The position numbers and the translations under genes were made by a program. A stretch of 64,000 nt of DNA, taken from the NCBI GenBank assembly GCA_963767475.1, contig CAVYEI010000002.1, forward strand, positions 456,851 through 520,850, written 5' to 3'. Origin of the DNA: an uncultured Solirubrobacterales bacterium. Its GTDB lineage: Bacteria; Actinomycetota; Thermoleophilia; Solirubrobacterales; 70-9. The notes beneath the pieces were generated by a model. The model did not search any database. It was not told the DNA's origin and saw only the letters and a program-made list of their open reading frames with translations. Shown piece after piece: positions 37,686 through 47,041 of this stretch; within the stretch, counting starts at the first letter, position 1; every line of letters starts with the position of its first letter.

Positions 37686-38851
37686 TGGCCCGCTACCAGC
37701 TCCCCGCCGAGAAAGACCGCGGCCGACAATGGAACCCCAGGTCGGTAAACCAGGTGGGCGTAAGTTGGAGCCTCGAGAAGGAGGGCGTCGGCCCGAGAAC
37801 CGGGCGCGAGCCGTCCGAGATCGTCTCGACGCAGGGCGACGGCGCCACCGATGGTCGCCGCCTGCAGCGCTTCCTCGATCGTCATTCTCAGATCCCGCAC
37901 GGCGAGCGCAATCACGAATGGCATCGAGGTAGTGAAGCTCGATCCCGGGTTTGTGTTCGTCGCCAGGGCGACGTTGACGCCGGCATCGATCGCCCGTCGT
38001 GCGTCCGGATAGGGCTGGCGCGTCGAGAAATCCGTCGCTGGCAGGTAGGTGGCAACGGTGCGGCTGCCGGCCAGCGCTGCGATGTCGTCATCGGAGAGAT
38101 ACGTGCAGTGGTCCACCGACGCGGCATCCATCTCGACCGCGAGGGCCGCGCCAGGGCCGGGGCCAAGCTGGTTGCCGTGAACGCGTAGGCCCAATCCCGC
38201 CTGCCGCCCGGCCTCGAGCACGCGAAGGGACTGCTCGCGGTCGAACGCTCCTCGCTCGCAGAAGACATCGATCCAGCGAGCGTGCGGCGCGCAGGCTTCG
38301 AGCATCGGGCCGCAGACCAGGTCAACGTAGGCATCGGGATGCCCGTTGTACTCCTCCGGCACAAGATGCGCGCCGAGGAACGTCACATCGTCAGTCAGCA
38401 TCGCGGCCAGCCGGCAGAGGCGCTCCTCGGAGTCGACCGATAGGCCATACCCGGACTTGACCTCCTGGTGAGTGATGCCGCACGCGATCGCTTCGGCGCC
38501 TCGCGACCGCCCCAGCTCGAGAAGCTCCTGGTCGGTGGCGCTTCGCGTCGCCTCGGTGGTGACCTGGATGCCGCCGGCTTCATACGGCGCCCCGGCCATC
38601 CTCGCCGCGAACTCCTCGCCCCGGTCGCCGGCAAACAGCAGGTGGGTGTGGCTGTCGACGAAGCCCGGGATGAGGCAGCGTTCGCCTGCGTCGAAATGCC
38701 GGTCGCCTTGTGCACCGGTCGGTTCGACCGCCTTTACGACGCCGTCCTCGACGACCAACGCAGCGTTGTGAACGACGCCGAGAGGCCCCTCGCCCTGCGC
38801 GGGATCGTTGCTGACGAGCACCCCGATGCGATCGATGACCAGAGCGCTCAT
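37682..38851 (-). CDS. hutI: Imidazolonepropionase
   Basis: 389 aa. IPGFVDSHTHLLFAGDR, HGNQLG, SVDHCTYL and ALATNTNPGSS metal/active-site motifs. Confidence 0.9.
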   Translation of the reverse strand: MSALVIDRIGVLVSNDPAQGEGPLGVVHNAALVVEDGVVKAVEPTGAQGDRHFDAGERCLIPGFVDSHTHLLFAGDRGEEFAARMAGAPYEAGGIQVTTEATRSATDQELLELGRSRGAEAIACGITHQEVKSGYGLSVDSEERLCRLAAMLTDDVTFLGAHLVPEEYNGHPDAYVDLVCGPMLEACAPHARWIDVFCERGAFDREQSLRVLEAGRQAGLGLRVHGNQLGPGPGAALAVEMDAASVDHCTYLSDDDIAALAGSRTVATYLPATDFSTRQPYPDARRAIDAGVNVALATNTNPGSSFTTSMPFVIALAVRDLRMTIEEALQAATIGGAVALRRDDLGRLAPGSRADALLLEAPTYAHLVYRPGVPLSAAVFLGGELVAGH

Positions 38852-40173
38852 TCCCAGGCCTTAGCGATCGACTCGCGCAGCTCGCGCGGAACGTCCAGCT
38901 CACAGTGCTGTCCATCGCGGACGATCTCGCGACCTCCGCAAACAACTCGGGCGACGTCGGCAGCCGTCGCGGCATACACGGCAAACTCAAGCGCCGTGTC
39001 GACCTCCACGCCGGCGGCCCGCACGCCATCAAGCCTGACGGTCAGCAGGTCCGCCGGGGCCCCGGGAGCCAGCGACCCGGCCGCTGGCCAGCCGATGGAC
39101 GTGTGACCGCCGGCCGTGGCCGCGGTCAGGAGCGCGTCGGTCCGGTGTCGCCCTCGCTGGCCGCTTTCGAGGCGTTCGTCAAGCTCGATTGCCCGTGTCT
39201 CCTCGAAGCCGTCGATGATCGCGTGAGAGTCGGTCCCGACCGCCAGCGGGCTCCCAGCCCGGGCAAGGTCCGCGGCCGGGCCGATGCCGTCCGCCAGGCT
39301 CCTTTCGGTCGTCGGGCATATGCAACAGCACGAGTGCGACGCACCGAGGAGCTTCACGTCGGCGTCACTGAGGTGGGTGGCGTGCACTGCCGTGAAGGAG
39401 CTACCGAGGGCTCCAGCGTCATCCAGCACCGCGCTGGGGGTTCTGCCATACGCCGCCAGACAGGCTTCGTTCTCCGCCGGCTGCTCGGAGACGTGAGCGT
39501 GTAGCGGCCATTCCCGCTCGGCGGCGAACTTAGCGACCGCGCGGGCTTCGTCGGGAGCAACGGCGCGAACGCTGTGAATCGCGGCGCCGAGGACTGCTCC
39601 GTCGCACGCGGTCAGGAGATCGGCGCGCTCAGCCCAGGCCTGGACCCGCCCGTCGGAGAACCGCCGCTGGATCTCGTCGGGCTCCTCACCGATGCCCCCA
39701 TGCAGGTAACAGGTATCAAGCAGTGTTATGCGGATCCCGGCCTGCGCCGCGGCCTCGGTCAAGCGCACGCCGATCTCATTCGGATCGTCGTACGGTTGTC
39801 CTCGAGGCCCGTGATGCAGGTAGTGAAACTCGCCAACGGCGGTGAAACCGGCGAGCGCCATCTCGCCGAAGACCGCCCGGGCCAGGCGAAAGTATCGGTC
39901 GGGGTCGAGCTTGGCCGCGAGCTCGTACATGCGCTCCCGCCAGCTCCAGAAGCTGTCGTCGCTCTCGGTCCGCCCGCGAAGGGCACGGTGAAAGGCATGC
40001 GAGTGAGCGTTGGCAAGACCGGGAAGGGTGAGGCCGTCGAGTCGGGTGGCGTCGGCCGGGCACCCCGTGACACGCCGCACCGACGCGATCCGGCCGCTGT
40101 CCGTCTCGATCAAGATCGAGTGCTCAGCCCGGTCTCCCCCCAGCCAGGCCAATTGGCACCAGTATTTGGTCAC
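38848..40173 (-). CDS. hutF: Formimidoylglutamate deiminase
   Basis: 441 aa. LPGLANAHSHAFHRALRGRTE is the typical HutF N-terminal motif. Amidohydrolase fold. Confidence 0.8.
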   Translation of the reverse strand: MTKYWCQLAWLGGDRAEHSILIETDSGRIASVRRVTGCPADATRLDGLTLPGLANAHSHAFHRALRGRTESDDSFWSWRERMYELAAKLDPDRYFRLARAVFGEMALAGFTAVGEFHYLHHGPRGQPYDDPNEIGVRLTEAAAQAGIRITLLDTCYLHGGIGEEPDEIQRRFSDGRVQAWAERADLLTACDGAVLGAAIHSVRAVAPDEARAVAKFAAEREWPLHAHVSEQPAENEACLAAYGRTPSAVLDDAGALGSSFTAVHATHLSDADVKLLGASHSCCCICPTTERSLADGIGPAADLARAGSPLAVGTDSHAIIDGFEETRAIELDERLESGQRGRHRTDALLTAATAGGHTSIGWPAAGSLAPGAPADLLTVRLDGVRAAGVEVDTALEFAVYAATAADVARVVCGGREIVRDGQHCELDVPRELRESIAKAWE

Positions 40174-40745
40174 GAGCCGACTCGCTCAACGAACGTGCTG
40201 ATGCGGGTCACGAACTCATCCCGACGGAAGCGCTCGAATTGCTCCCATGTGCTCAGGGTGGTCGGATCGAGTACGCGATCGAGAAAGAGCACGCCGTTGA
40301 GATGATCGATTTCGTGCTGGAACGTCCCAGCGGTCAATCCGCGATAGACCTGGTCGTGGGAAACCCCGTGGCGGTCGAGGTAGCGGAGGCGCACCTTGAC
40401 GTGGCGCAAGAGCTCGCCGCGCAGATTCGGTATGGACAGGCAGCCCTCGTTGATCGAAACCGTCTCCCGATCCAGTGGCTCGATTACAGGATTGATCAGA
40501 ACTGTCAGCGGCAGCGGCGGCTTGTACGGATAGCGTTCGTTGTCGGCCACCTCGGCCACGGCGATGCGCACCGTGTGGCCAACTTGATTCGCTGCCAGTC
40601 CGGCGCCGCGAGCGTGGCGCATGGTCTCGATCATGTCGTCGATCAGCTGTTGAGTGTGCGGTGCCGTGAGCTCTTCGACACTTACGTCGCGCGATGGCTC
40701 GCGCAGGGTCGGATGCCCAATCTCGAGGATCGGCAAACCGGCCAT
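40170..40745 (-). CDS. def: Peptide deformylase family protein
   Basis: 191 aa. All three PDF motifs are present: GAGLAANQVG, EGCLSIP and QHEIDHLNG. ATGA overlap with the hutF start. Confidence 0.85.
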   Translation of the reverse strand: MAGLPILEIGHPTLREPSRDVSVEELTAPHTQQLIDDMIETMRHARGAGLAANQVGHTVRIAVAEVADNERYPYKPPLPLTVLINPVIEPLDRETVSINEGCLSIPNLRGELLRHVKVRLRYLDRHGVSHDQVYRGLTAGTFQHEIDHLNGVLFLDRVLDPTTLSTWEQFERFRRDEFVTRISTFVERVGS

Positions 40746-40770
40746 CGCCTACGACACCCGCTTCATGTCT

Positions 40771-42384
40771 TCAGGCCAGCTCTCCGACGACCTGCTCCAC
40801 CTCGGTCCGCAGTAGCCCGGAAGCGAGCAGCGATTCGACCGCGGCGAGCTCTGGTGCGAGCCAGCGGTCTGCCCCGGCACCCGGTACGAGCTGGCGTACC
40901 GCACGCAGCGCTGCTTGTGTTCCTGGAGCCGGCTCCAGCGGCGCTCGCAGTTCCAAGGCCCGCGTCCCACAGGCTATTTCCACCGCGAGGATCCGCCGGA
41001 GGTTGGCGATTGCCGATCGGAGCTTCCGCGCAGCCCCCCACCCCATAGAGACATGATCCTCCTGCATTGCGCTGGTCGGCAGCGAGTCGGTGCTCGCCGG
41101 GACCGCCAGCCGGCGATTCTCGGCAACCATTGCCGCCTGCGTGTACTGAGCGATCATCAGCCCCGAGTTGACCCCGGCCTCCGGAGCCAGGAACGGGGGC
41201 AGGCCATGCGACCGACTCGGGTCGAGCAGACGATCAGTACGGCGCTCGGCGATGGAGCCGACCTCGCTGGCGCCGATGGCCAGAAAGTCGCAAGCCATGG
41301 CCACCGGTGCGCCGTGGAAGTTGCCGCACGACTCGACCCGCCCATCCGGGAGGATCATCGGGTTGTCGATCGCCGACCTCAGCTCGGCTTCGGCGACGAA
41401 GACGGCATACGCGTGCGTATCTCGCGAGGCCCCATGGACCTGAGGCGTACACCGAATCGAGTAGGCATCCTGAACGCGTGGGTCGTTCTCCCGGTGACTG
41501 GCAACGACCTCCGATCGATCGAGCAGGCGGCGCAGGTTCGCGGCGCTCAGCGCCTGGCCCGGCTGGGGGCGCAGCGCGATCAGGTCGGCCGCGAACGCGC
41601 GGTCGGTGCCGAGCAGGGCCTCGGTTGTGATCGAGGCGGCGAGGTCGGCCAGCGTCAAGAGGTCGGCCAGATCCTCGAGCGACATAACCAGCATGCCGAG
41701 AATCCCGTCGGTGCCATTGATCAGGGCCAACCCTTCTTTGGGTCCGAGCGCCAGCGGACGGAGGCCGACGGCAGCGAGACCGTCCGCGGCGGGCACGATC
41801 CGATCATGCTGATCAAAGATTTCGCCCTCGCCAATCAGGGCCAATGCGCACGCCGCCAGTGGCGCCAGATCGCCGCTCGCACCCAAGGAGCCATGCTCGG
41901 GTACCACCGGATCCAGGTCCGCGTTCAGCATCGCGAGCAAGCCGCCCGCCACGAGCGGGCTGGCGCCCGAGCGCCCCATCGCGAGCGACCGAGCCCTCAG
42001 GAACATCATCGCCCGGACGACCTCGCGCTCAACGGGCGGTCCCATTCCCGCCGCATGTGAGCGGATCAGGGCCAGCTGGAGCTCTGCCAGGCGTTCGGGC
42101 GGAATACGCGTATGCGCCAGCGACCCGAAACCGGTAGAGATTCCATAGGCGGCATCACCACTCTCGGCGATGCGGCCGACTGCGGCGTGTGACCGCTCCA
42201 TCGCGCCATCGGCGTCCTCGCCGAACCGCACTCGTGCTCGATGCCGGGCAACCGCCACGACGTCGGGCCGTGACACACCGTCTGTTCCGATCTCGATTTG
42301 ATCCACAGGTCCCATCCTGACGATCACCTGACGGGTCGATTCACCAGTCCGACGTAAAAGCGTCCAGATTCCGGGACGCGTCAC
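40771..42384 (-). CDS. hutH: Histidine ammonia-lyase
   Basis: MIO-forming triad in SLGASGDLAPLA. HAL/PAL fold throughout. The true start may be the internal MGPVDQ (42315). Confidence 0.9.
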   Translation of the reverse strand: MTRPGIWTLLRRTGESTRQVIVRMGPVDQIEIGTDGVSRPDVVAVARHRARVRFGEDADGAMERSHAAVGRIAESGDAAYGISTGFGSLAHTRIPPERLAELQLALIRSHAAGMGPPVEREVVRAMMFLRARSLAMGRSGASPLVAGGLLAMLNADLDPVVPEHGSLGASGDLAPLAACALALIGEGEIFDQHDRIVPAADGLAAVGLRPLALGPKEGLALINGTDGILGMLVMSLEDLADLLTLADLAASITTEALLGTDRAFAADLIALRPQPGQALSAANLRRLLDRSEVVASHRENDPRVQDAYSIRCTPQVHGASRDTHAYAVFVAEAELRSAIDNPMILPDGRVESCGNFHGAPVAMACDFLAIGASEVGSIAERRTDRLLDPSRSHGLPPFLAPEAGVNSGLMIAQYTQAAMVAENRRLAVPASTDSLPTSAMQEDHVSMGWGAARKLRSAIANLRRILAVEIACGTRALELRAPLEPAPGTQAALRAVRQLVPGAGADRWLAPELAAVESLLASGLLRTEVEQVVGELA

Positions 42385-42467
42385 CGGCGCCGGCCGTTCG
42401 GACCAGCTCGCCGGCTGACGACCAGCCGCCGCCGGAATGGCTTAGGCGAACGTATGTTCGGTCTCAG

Positions 42468-42532
42468 GGCAAAAAAAGAGAGAGTTACCCGCGCAACCGG
42501 GCGGACCACCTCCGAAGAGGAAGTCCGCCCGG
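42468..42532 (-). terminator. Terminator-like hairpin plus T-run downstream of the HisD-like paralog 2
   Basis: On the minus strand: GGGCGGAC-loop-GTCCGCCC, then a second small stem and CTCTCTTTTTTTGCC. Confidence 0.45.
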
Positions 42533-42612
42533 CCGACTCGAGCCACGGCTCAGGCGGACCTGCGCCGGAGTTGCCTGAAACTCAGGGCGTCAGCGCTGCT
42601 GTGCGTGGACGG

Positions 42613-43938
42613 CTACGGCCGTCGACGCACTGACACCGTCGCCGCGTGGGCGGGGAATCCCTCGTGGGCAGCCAGCGCCTCAACTGTGGGCGCAAGCCGC
42701 CAAAACGCCTCCTCGGTGAGGCTGGCGACAGCGGAACGCACCAAGTACGTCGCCGCAGTCACGCCGCTCGAGACCTTCGCGAATCCAGTCGTCGGCAGCG
42801 TTGCCGGCGTGCCGGTAGCGAAATTTGACATCGCGAAGGTCGTCCACGGGCCGAGCAGGATCGTGCCCGCATAGCGGATCAACGGCATCCACGCCTCTGG
42901 GTCCGCCACCGCCAGCAGTAGGTGCTCTGCGCCGTAGTCGTTCGCGATCTCGGCGGCTTGGGCCATGTCCGCCGCGAGGATCAGCCCTCCATTCATGGCG
43001 ATTGACGAAACGGCGTATGTGCACCGCGGTTCCGGCAAGCGCTCCAGCTGTGGGGTCAGCTCGTCGACGACCGACTCGAGCAGCCGGCGATCAGTCGAGA
43101 TGAGGATGGCCGACGAGTCCGACCCGTGCTCGGCCTCGTTGAGGAGGTCAGCGGCCAGAACCTTCGGATCGGCCGAGCCGTCGGCGATGATTGCCGCGTC
43201 GGTCGGGCCGAAACCGACCTCGACGACCGTCCCGAATTGCTGGACGAGCATTTGCGCGAGTGTCACACCGCGCCCGCCGGGACCGACGATCTTGCCGACC
43301 CTGGGGACGGATTCCGTGCCGAGAGCCATCGCCGCGATGCCAGCCGGTCCATTGCAGCGGAAGATATCTCGAACACCGAGCTCGTCGAGGGCGACCAGTG
43401 TCGCGGGATCGATGGTTCCGTCGTGCAAAGGCGGAACGCCGACAACGATTCGCTCAACCCCGGCGACCACGGCGGGGGTAGCGATCTGAATTGCGACCGA
43501 CGGATAGGACCCTTTCCCGCTAGGAACAAAAAGTCCGACGCTCGGTATCGCGCTCGCACGCTCACCGAGCATCGTGCCGTCGGGCCTCACAGCTTTCCAG
43601 GACGCGCGATCGCGGATCAGCTCGTTGAACTGTCGTGATTGAGCGATCGACGTCCTGATGGCCTGCAGGAGCTGGTCCGACACGAGGCTGCGCGCACGCT
43701 CGACTTCGCCCCGATCGACCCGCAACCGGCTCGCAGGGACGAGGACGTCGTCGTAAACACGAAGGGCTTCCACCAAGGCCGTGTCGCCGTGGACCCGAAC
43801 GCGGTCGACGAGCGCCTGGATCGACGTCCGGATATCGGAGTTCGGCCCGAGGCCCGCGGCGTTCCCGCCGCGAGTAATTACCCGTGCTCGCTCCGACTCC
43901 GTCGCGTGGGACCAGTCGAGGATCGTGAATGTTGTCAT
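42613..43938 (-). CDS. Histidinol dehydrogenase family protein, non-canonical subfamily (paralog 2)
   Basis: 441 aa. FGPTDAAIIADGSADPKVLAADLLNEAEHGSDS. SD GGAAGGAA. Confidence 0.75.
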   Translation of the reverse strand: MTTFTILDWSHATESERARVITRGGNAAGLGPNSDIRTSIQALVDRVRVHGDTALVEALRVYDDVLVPASRLRVDRGEVERARSLVSDQLLQAIRTSIAQSRQFNELIRDRASWKAVRPDGTMLGERASAIPSVGLFVPSGKGSYPSVAIQIATPAVVAGVERIVVGVPPLHDGTIDPATLVALDELGVRDIFRCNGPAGIAAMALGTESVPRVGKIVGPGGRGVTLAQMLVQQFGTVVEVGFGPTDAAIIADGSADPKVLAADLLNEAEHGSDSSAILISTDRRLLESVVDELTPQLERLPEPRCTYAVSSIAMNGGLILAADMAQAAEIANDYGAEHLLLAVADPEAWMPLIRYAGTILLGPWTTFAMSNFATGTPATLPTTGFAKVSSGVTAATYLVRSAVASLTEEAFWRLAPTVEALAAHEGFPAHAATVSVRRRP

Positions 43939-44024
43939 GGCTGAATTCCTTCCGTTCCAACTGCTTCAGGTCTTGACTCTTGCTCGGGTCTCAAGATGAG
44001 ATCCGGCTTCCGTGCGGAGGCCAC

Positions 44025-44801
44025 CTATGCCCCCGATTCGCCGCCGTCGACCGCGAGCACGACACCGCTGAGGTACGAGCCGGCCGTCGACGCGAGGTAC
44101 AGGGCCGCACCAGCCAGGTCGTCGGACGACCCCAGCCGACCCAGCGGGATCGCCTCCGTGAACCGCCGCTGCTCGATTGGATCTGCCAGCAGACCGCGCG
44201 TCATATCCGTGGCGAACAGCCCTGGAGCGATCGCGTTGACCGTGACAGTGGGAGCGAGATCCCGCGCGAGGTGCCGGGTCATCATGTGAACGGCCGCCTT
44301 CGAAGCGGCGTACCCGTAGTTCGGGACCGGCGATACGGCGATTCCGTCGATCGATCCTATGTTGATGACGCGGGACGGAGCCCCAGGACGGGCTGCGGCG
44401 CGCAGCGCGCCGGCCAGAGCGAGGGTCAGCTGGAGGGGCGCCTTGAGATTCACCGCCAGCAGCTGATCGAGCTCGTCTTCTGGGTGCTCACCTCGTTCAT
44501 GGAGCAATGTCGCCCCGGCATTGTTGATCAGCACGTCCAGGCGAGGCTCTTCGTTGAGAACCTGCGTGACTAGACGCTGCCGATCGGCGACGCGCGATAG
44601 GTCGGCGGTCGTGCTCGAGCACCGGGTGTGCGTGGCGACCTCAGCGACGACGCTGCTTAGCGCCTCGCGATCCCTGCCCGTCAGGTGAACTCGGGCGCCG
44701 GCGCGACCGAACGCGACCGCCAGCATCCGGCCGATGCCACGGCTGGCGCCGGTGATGAGCACACGTTTTCCAGACACGGAGAAGAGATCTCCGGGATGCA
44801 T
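44025..44801 (-). CDS. SDR family oxidoreductase
   Basis: ITGASRGIG cofactor motif, NNAG, and YAASKAA (YxxxK). Confidence 0.85.
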   Translation of the reverse strand: MHPGDLFSVSGKRVLITGASRGIGRMLAVAFGRAGARVHLTGRDREALSSVVAEVATHTRCSSTTADLSRVADRQRLVTQVLNEEPRLDVLINNAGATLLHERGEHPEDELDQLLAVNLKAPLQLTLALAGALRAAARPGAPSRVINIGSIDGIAVSPVPNYGYAASKAAVHMMTRHLARDLAPTVTVNAIAPGLFATDMTRGLLADPIEQRRFTEAIPLGRLGSSDDLAGAALYLASTAGSYLSGVVLAVDGGESGA

Positions 44802-44844
44802 GTCCTGTTCCTCTCATCGGGTTCGGGCCTTCGGCCCAAGGGGA

Positions 44845-44878
44845 CTGCTCGGCCGCGCGGGAAGGCGCGGCCGAGCAG
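44845..44878 (-). other. Perfect 14-bp GC-rich intercistronic stem-loop
   Basis: CTGCTCGGCCGCGC-GGGAAG-GCGCGGCCGAGCAG, between the PRTase-like and SDR genes. No T-run. Confidence 0.6.
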
Positions 44879-44890
44879 TGAACGAGAAAC

Positions 44891-45784
44891 TCAGAGCGCG
44901 AGCAACTGCTCGTAGAGCCCACGGTCCTTAAGCATCTCGGCAAGCGCGCGGAGCGCGTCGGTGGCGCCCTGGGCGTCGCCGCCGAAGATCTTCGCCATCC
45001 ACTCAGGCTCGTCGATGTACGCGTGGCTGGTGCCGTCCTCGAACCGGATCGCGTTCGTCAGGATCCAGTCCTTGGTGAAGTAGACATCCGTGTCCCACGA
45101 GACTGGGTAGGTCTCGCCGCGAAGGAGGACACCCTGGACCGGGCGCCAGCCCCGACGGTGGAACCCATCCTGCGTCGCCTGGCAGGCGATGAACCCGAGG
45201 GTCGAGATCTGCGCCTCCGGCCGCAAAGCGAGCAACTCGTTGACGACGGCCTCGGTGCCCTTCCCAGTCTGGATGCAATCGTCGATCACGGCGATTCGCG
45301 GCACGCGGTCGTGCTTCGGGATCCGCGCGACCGCCTCACGGCACTGCTCCGCGAGCCCGGCACCCTTGCTGACGCCGATCTCGAAACCCGAGTAGAAGGC
45401 GTCCGTCCGGTCACTCAGATAGTGGGTGACCCGAACGTTCGCAGCTTGCTCGCTCAGGTCTCGACCGTGATCCCGGCGGAAGACCTCCTGAAGCGTGTCG
45501 GAGGCATACCCACCGTTGCACCCCTGCGAGACCAGCAGGTCATAGGCGACGCCGCGGTCGGCGAGCTCCCAGGCGAGCTGGATCGCTGCGCCGTCCCACG
45601 TCGACAGGGTGAGGTCCTGACGACTGGGGTCAAGGCATGCGAGCGCCTGGTTGAGGTACCGGCCGACGCCGCGCAAGGCGTCGGCGGCCTCGGCGCTGGT
45701 GCCGCTCGATGAGGTCAACCTGCGCACGTGGTGCGTCAGGTCGTCGAAGACGTAGAGGTGCTTGATGACGTTGTTGTCAGTCAT
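44891..45784 (-). CDS. Phosphoribosyltransferase-like protein
   Basis: 297 aa. PRPP-loop-like RIAVIDDCIQTGKGTE. The N-terminal ~150 aa is unassigned. Confidence 0.5.
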   Translation of the reverse strand: MTDNNVIKHLYVFDDLTHHVRRLTSSSGTSAEAADALRGVGRYLNQALACLDPSRQDLTLSTWDGAAIQLAWELADRGVAYDLLVSQGCNGGYASDTLQEVFRRDHGRDLSEQAANVRVTHYLSDRTDAFYSGFEIGVSKGAGLAEQCREAVARIPKHDRVPRIAVIDDCIQTGKGTEAVVNELLALRPEAQISTLGFIACQATQDGFHRRGWRPVQGVLLRGETYPVSWDTDVYFTKDWILTNAIRFEDGTSHAYIDEPEWMAKIFGGDAQGATDALRALAEMLKDRGLYEQLLAL

Positions 45785-45973
45785 TTCTTTTCTCCATTTG
45801 CGGTTTGGTGACTTCGGTTTTTGCGATCTGTTGGGTCGACGGCCCCACGGCGGGCCGCGAGGCCACCCAGGCCGCCAGTCAGGGACGACGCCGTAAATGC
45901 GCCTTCACCTCCCTCCTTAATGAGTGGAGCGCGCGAACGGCAGGTGTCGCGCGCGATCGTCACCGAGCCCGGT

Positions 45974-46945
45974 TCACGTCCCCAGTGACTCGGCCAACAC
46001 CTCGGGCCCATGACCCTGGTTGACGACCTGTTCGGCGAGGTGGTCGTCCACCGCGACACCATGGCCGACGAAGGAGTTGCTGATCTGAACATCCGGGGCG
46101 ACGGTCGCGCGCTCTCCGATCACGGAGTTCTGGATCCGCGCTCCGGCCGAGATCGTGGCCTCGGGTCCAATCCAAAACCAGCCCGAAAGCCTCGCCTCGG
46201 GATCAACGTTCGCGGACGGCGCCACGTATCGCATTTCTCTGTCGGCGTGAGCGGACCAAATCCGTCGCCACGTTCCCAGGTCACGCCAATACCCCCTGCC
46301 GAACGTAATCCGGACCCGGTAGCCCTCCTCGATCAGGAGGGGAATGAACTCGTCGGCCCACGGATCTTCGGCCTGGTTGGGAATATCGGCCAGGCGCCTG
46401 AGTGCCCGAGGCGACGTCACTGTCATTCCGATCTCGTGTGCCACCACGGTGTCGCCGGACCCGGGCACGACGATGCCGTCGCGGTTCAGGGAGAACTCGC
46501 GTGGCTTTCCGAATTGACCATCCCCGCTGGCGTCGCGGACGGCGGCCACTGTCACGTCGGCAGCCAGGACCCGGTGCGTCGTGAGCGCCGTTCCCCAGCT
46601 GGGGTCGAGGAGAAGATCTCCGTTCAGCGTCACCATGGGCGTCATGGACGTTTGGGCCCAAGCGAGCAGCCACTCATACACGCCCGGCCAATCCAACACG
46701 TGCACCGGCTCACACCGAAGCGCCGAGTTGCGGACCGCCTCCCGCAGCAGGTCGAGCTCGCACGTTGGCCGCGCGAGAAGTGTCGCCTTCACGACACCCC
46801 AACTCCTCAGCAGTCCTAGCTGGCGTCGGACGAGAGGCTCGCCCAAGAACGGAATCAGAGCCTTGGATGGCACGGCGGGCCCGAGCCGCCGACCGAAGCC
46901 GCTCGAGAGAATTGCAGCCTCGAATAGCTTGTCGAACGTCTGCAT
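45974..46945 (-). CDS. Sugar-phosphate nucleotidyltransferase with C-terminal hexapeptide-repeat (LbH) region
   Basis: AAILSSGFGRRLGP...SKALIPFLGEPLV, GYWRDLGT, and I/V-G-x hexapeptide repeats at the C-terminus. Confidence 0.75.
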   Translation of the reverse strand: MQTFDKLFEAAILSSGFGRRLGPAVPSKALIPFLGEPLVRRQLGLLRSWGVVKATLLARPTCELDLLREAVRNSALRCEPVHVLDWPGVYEWLLAWAQTSMTPMVTLNGDLLLDPSWGTALTTHRVLAADVTVAAVRDASGDGQFGKPREFSLNRDGIVVPGSGDTVVAHEIGMTVTSPRALRRLADIPNQAEDPWADEFIPLLIEEGYRVRITFGRGYWRDLGTWRRIWSAHADREMRYVAPSANVDPEARLSGWFWIGPEATISAGARIQNSVIGERATVAPDVQISNSFVGHGVAVDDHLAEQVVNQGHGPEVLAESLGT

Positions 46946-46984
46946 CGTTCGTTCCTTCCTGAGTGTGCGTGGTTTACCGCGACC

Positions 46985-47034
46985 GACGGATCGGCTCCTC
47001 GCGCCCCTTCGGGGCCACGAGGAACCGATCCGTC
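46985..47034 (-). other. Long (about 21-bp) intercistronic hairpin
   Basis: GACGGATCGG CTCCTCG CGCCCC TTCG GGGCCA CGAGGAA CCGATCCGTC, between the cupin and nucleotidyltransferase genes. Confidence 0.6.
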
Positions 47035-47041
47035 AGCGTCG

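Noticed and set aside
45872-45880. Minus-strand UGACUGGCGG, identical to the conserved core I remember from ZTP (pfl) riboswitches, upstream of a PRTase-like gene.
   Set aside because: The rest of the architecture is not identifiable: no P1/P2 helices and no separate 3' CCGCCUGGGC pseudoknot partner after a linker. The GCCUGGG follows immediately. Probably chance, and only a cmscan could revive it.
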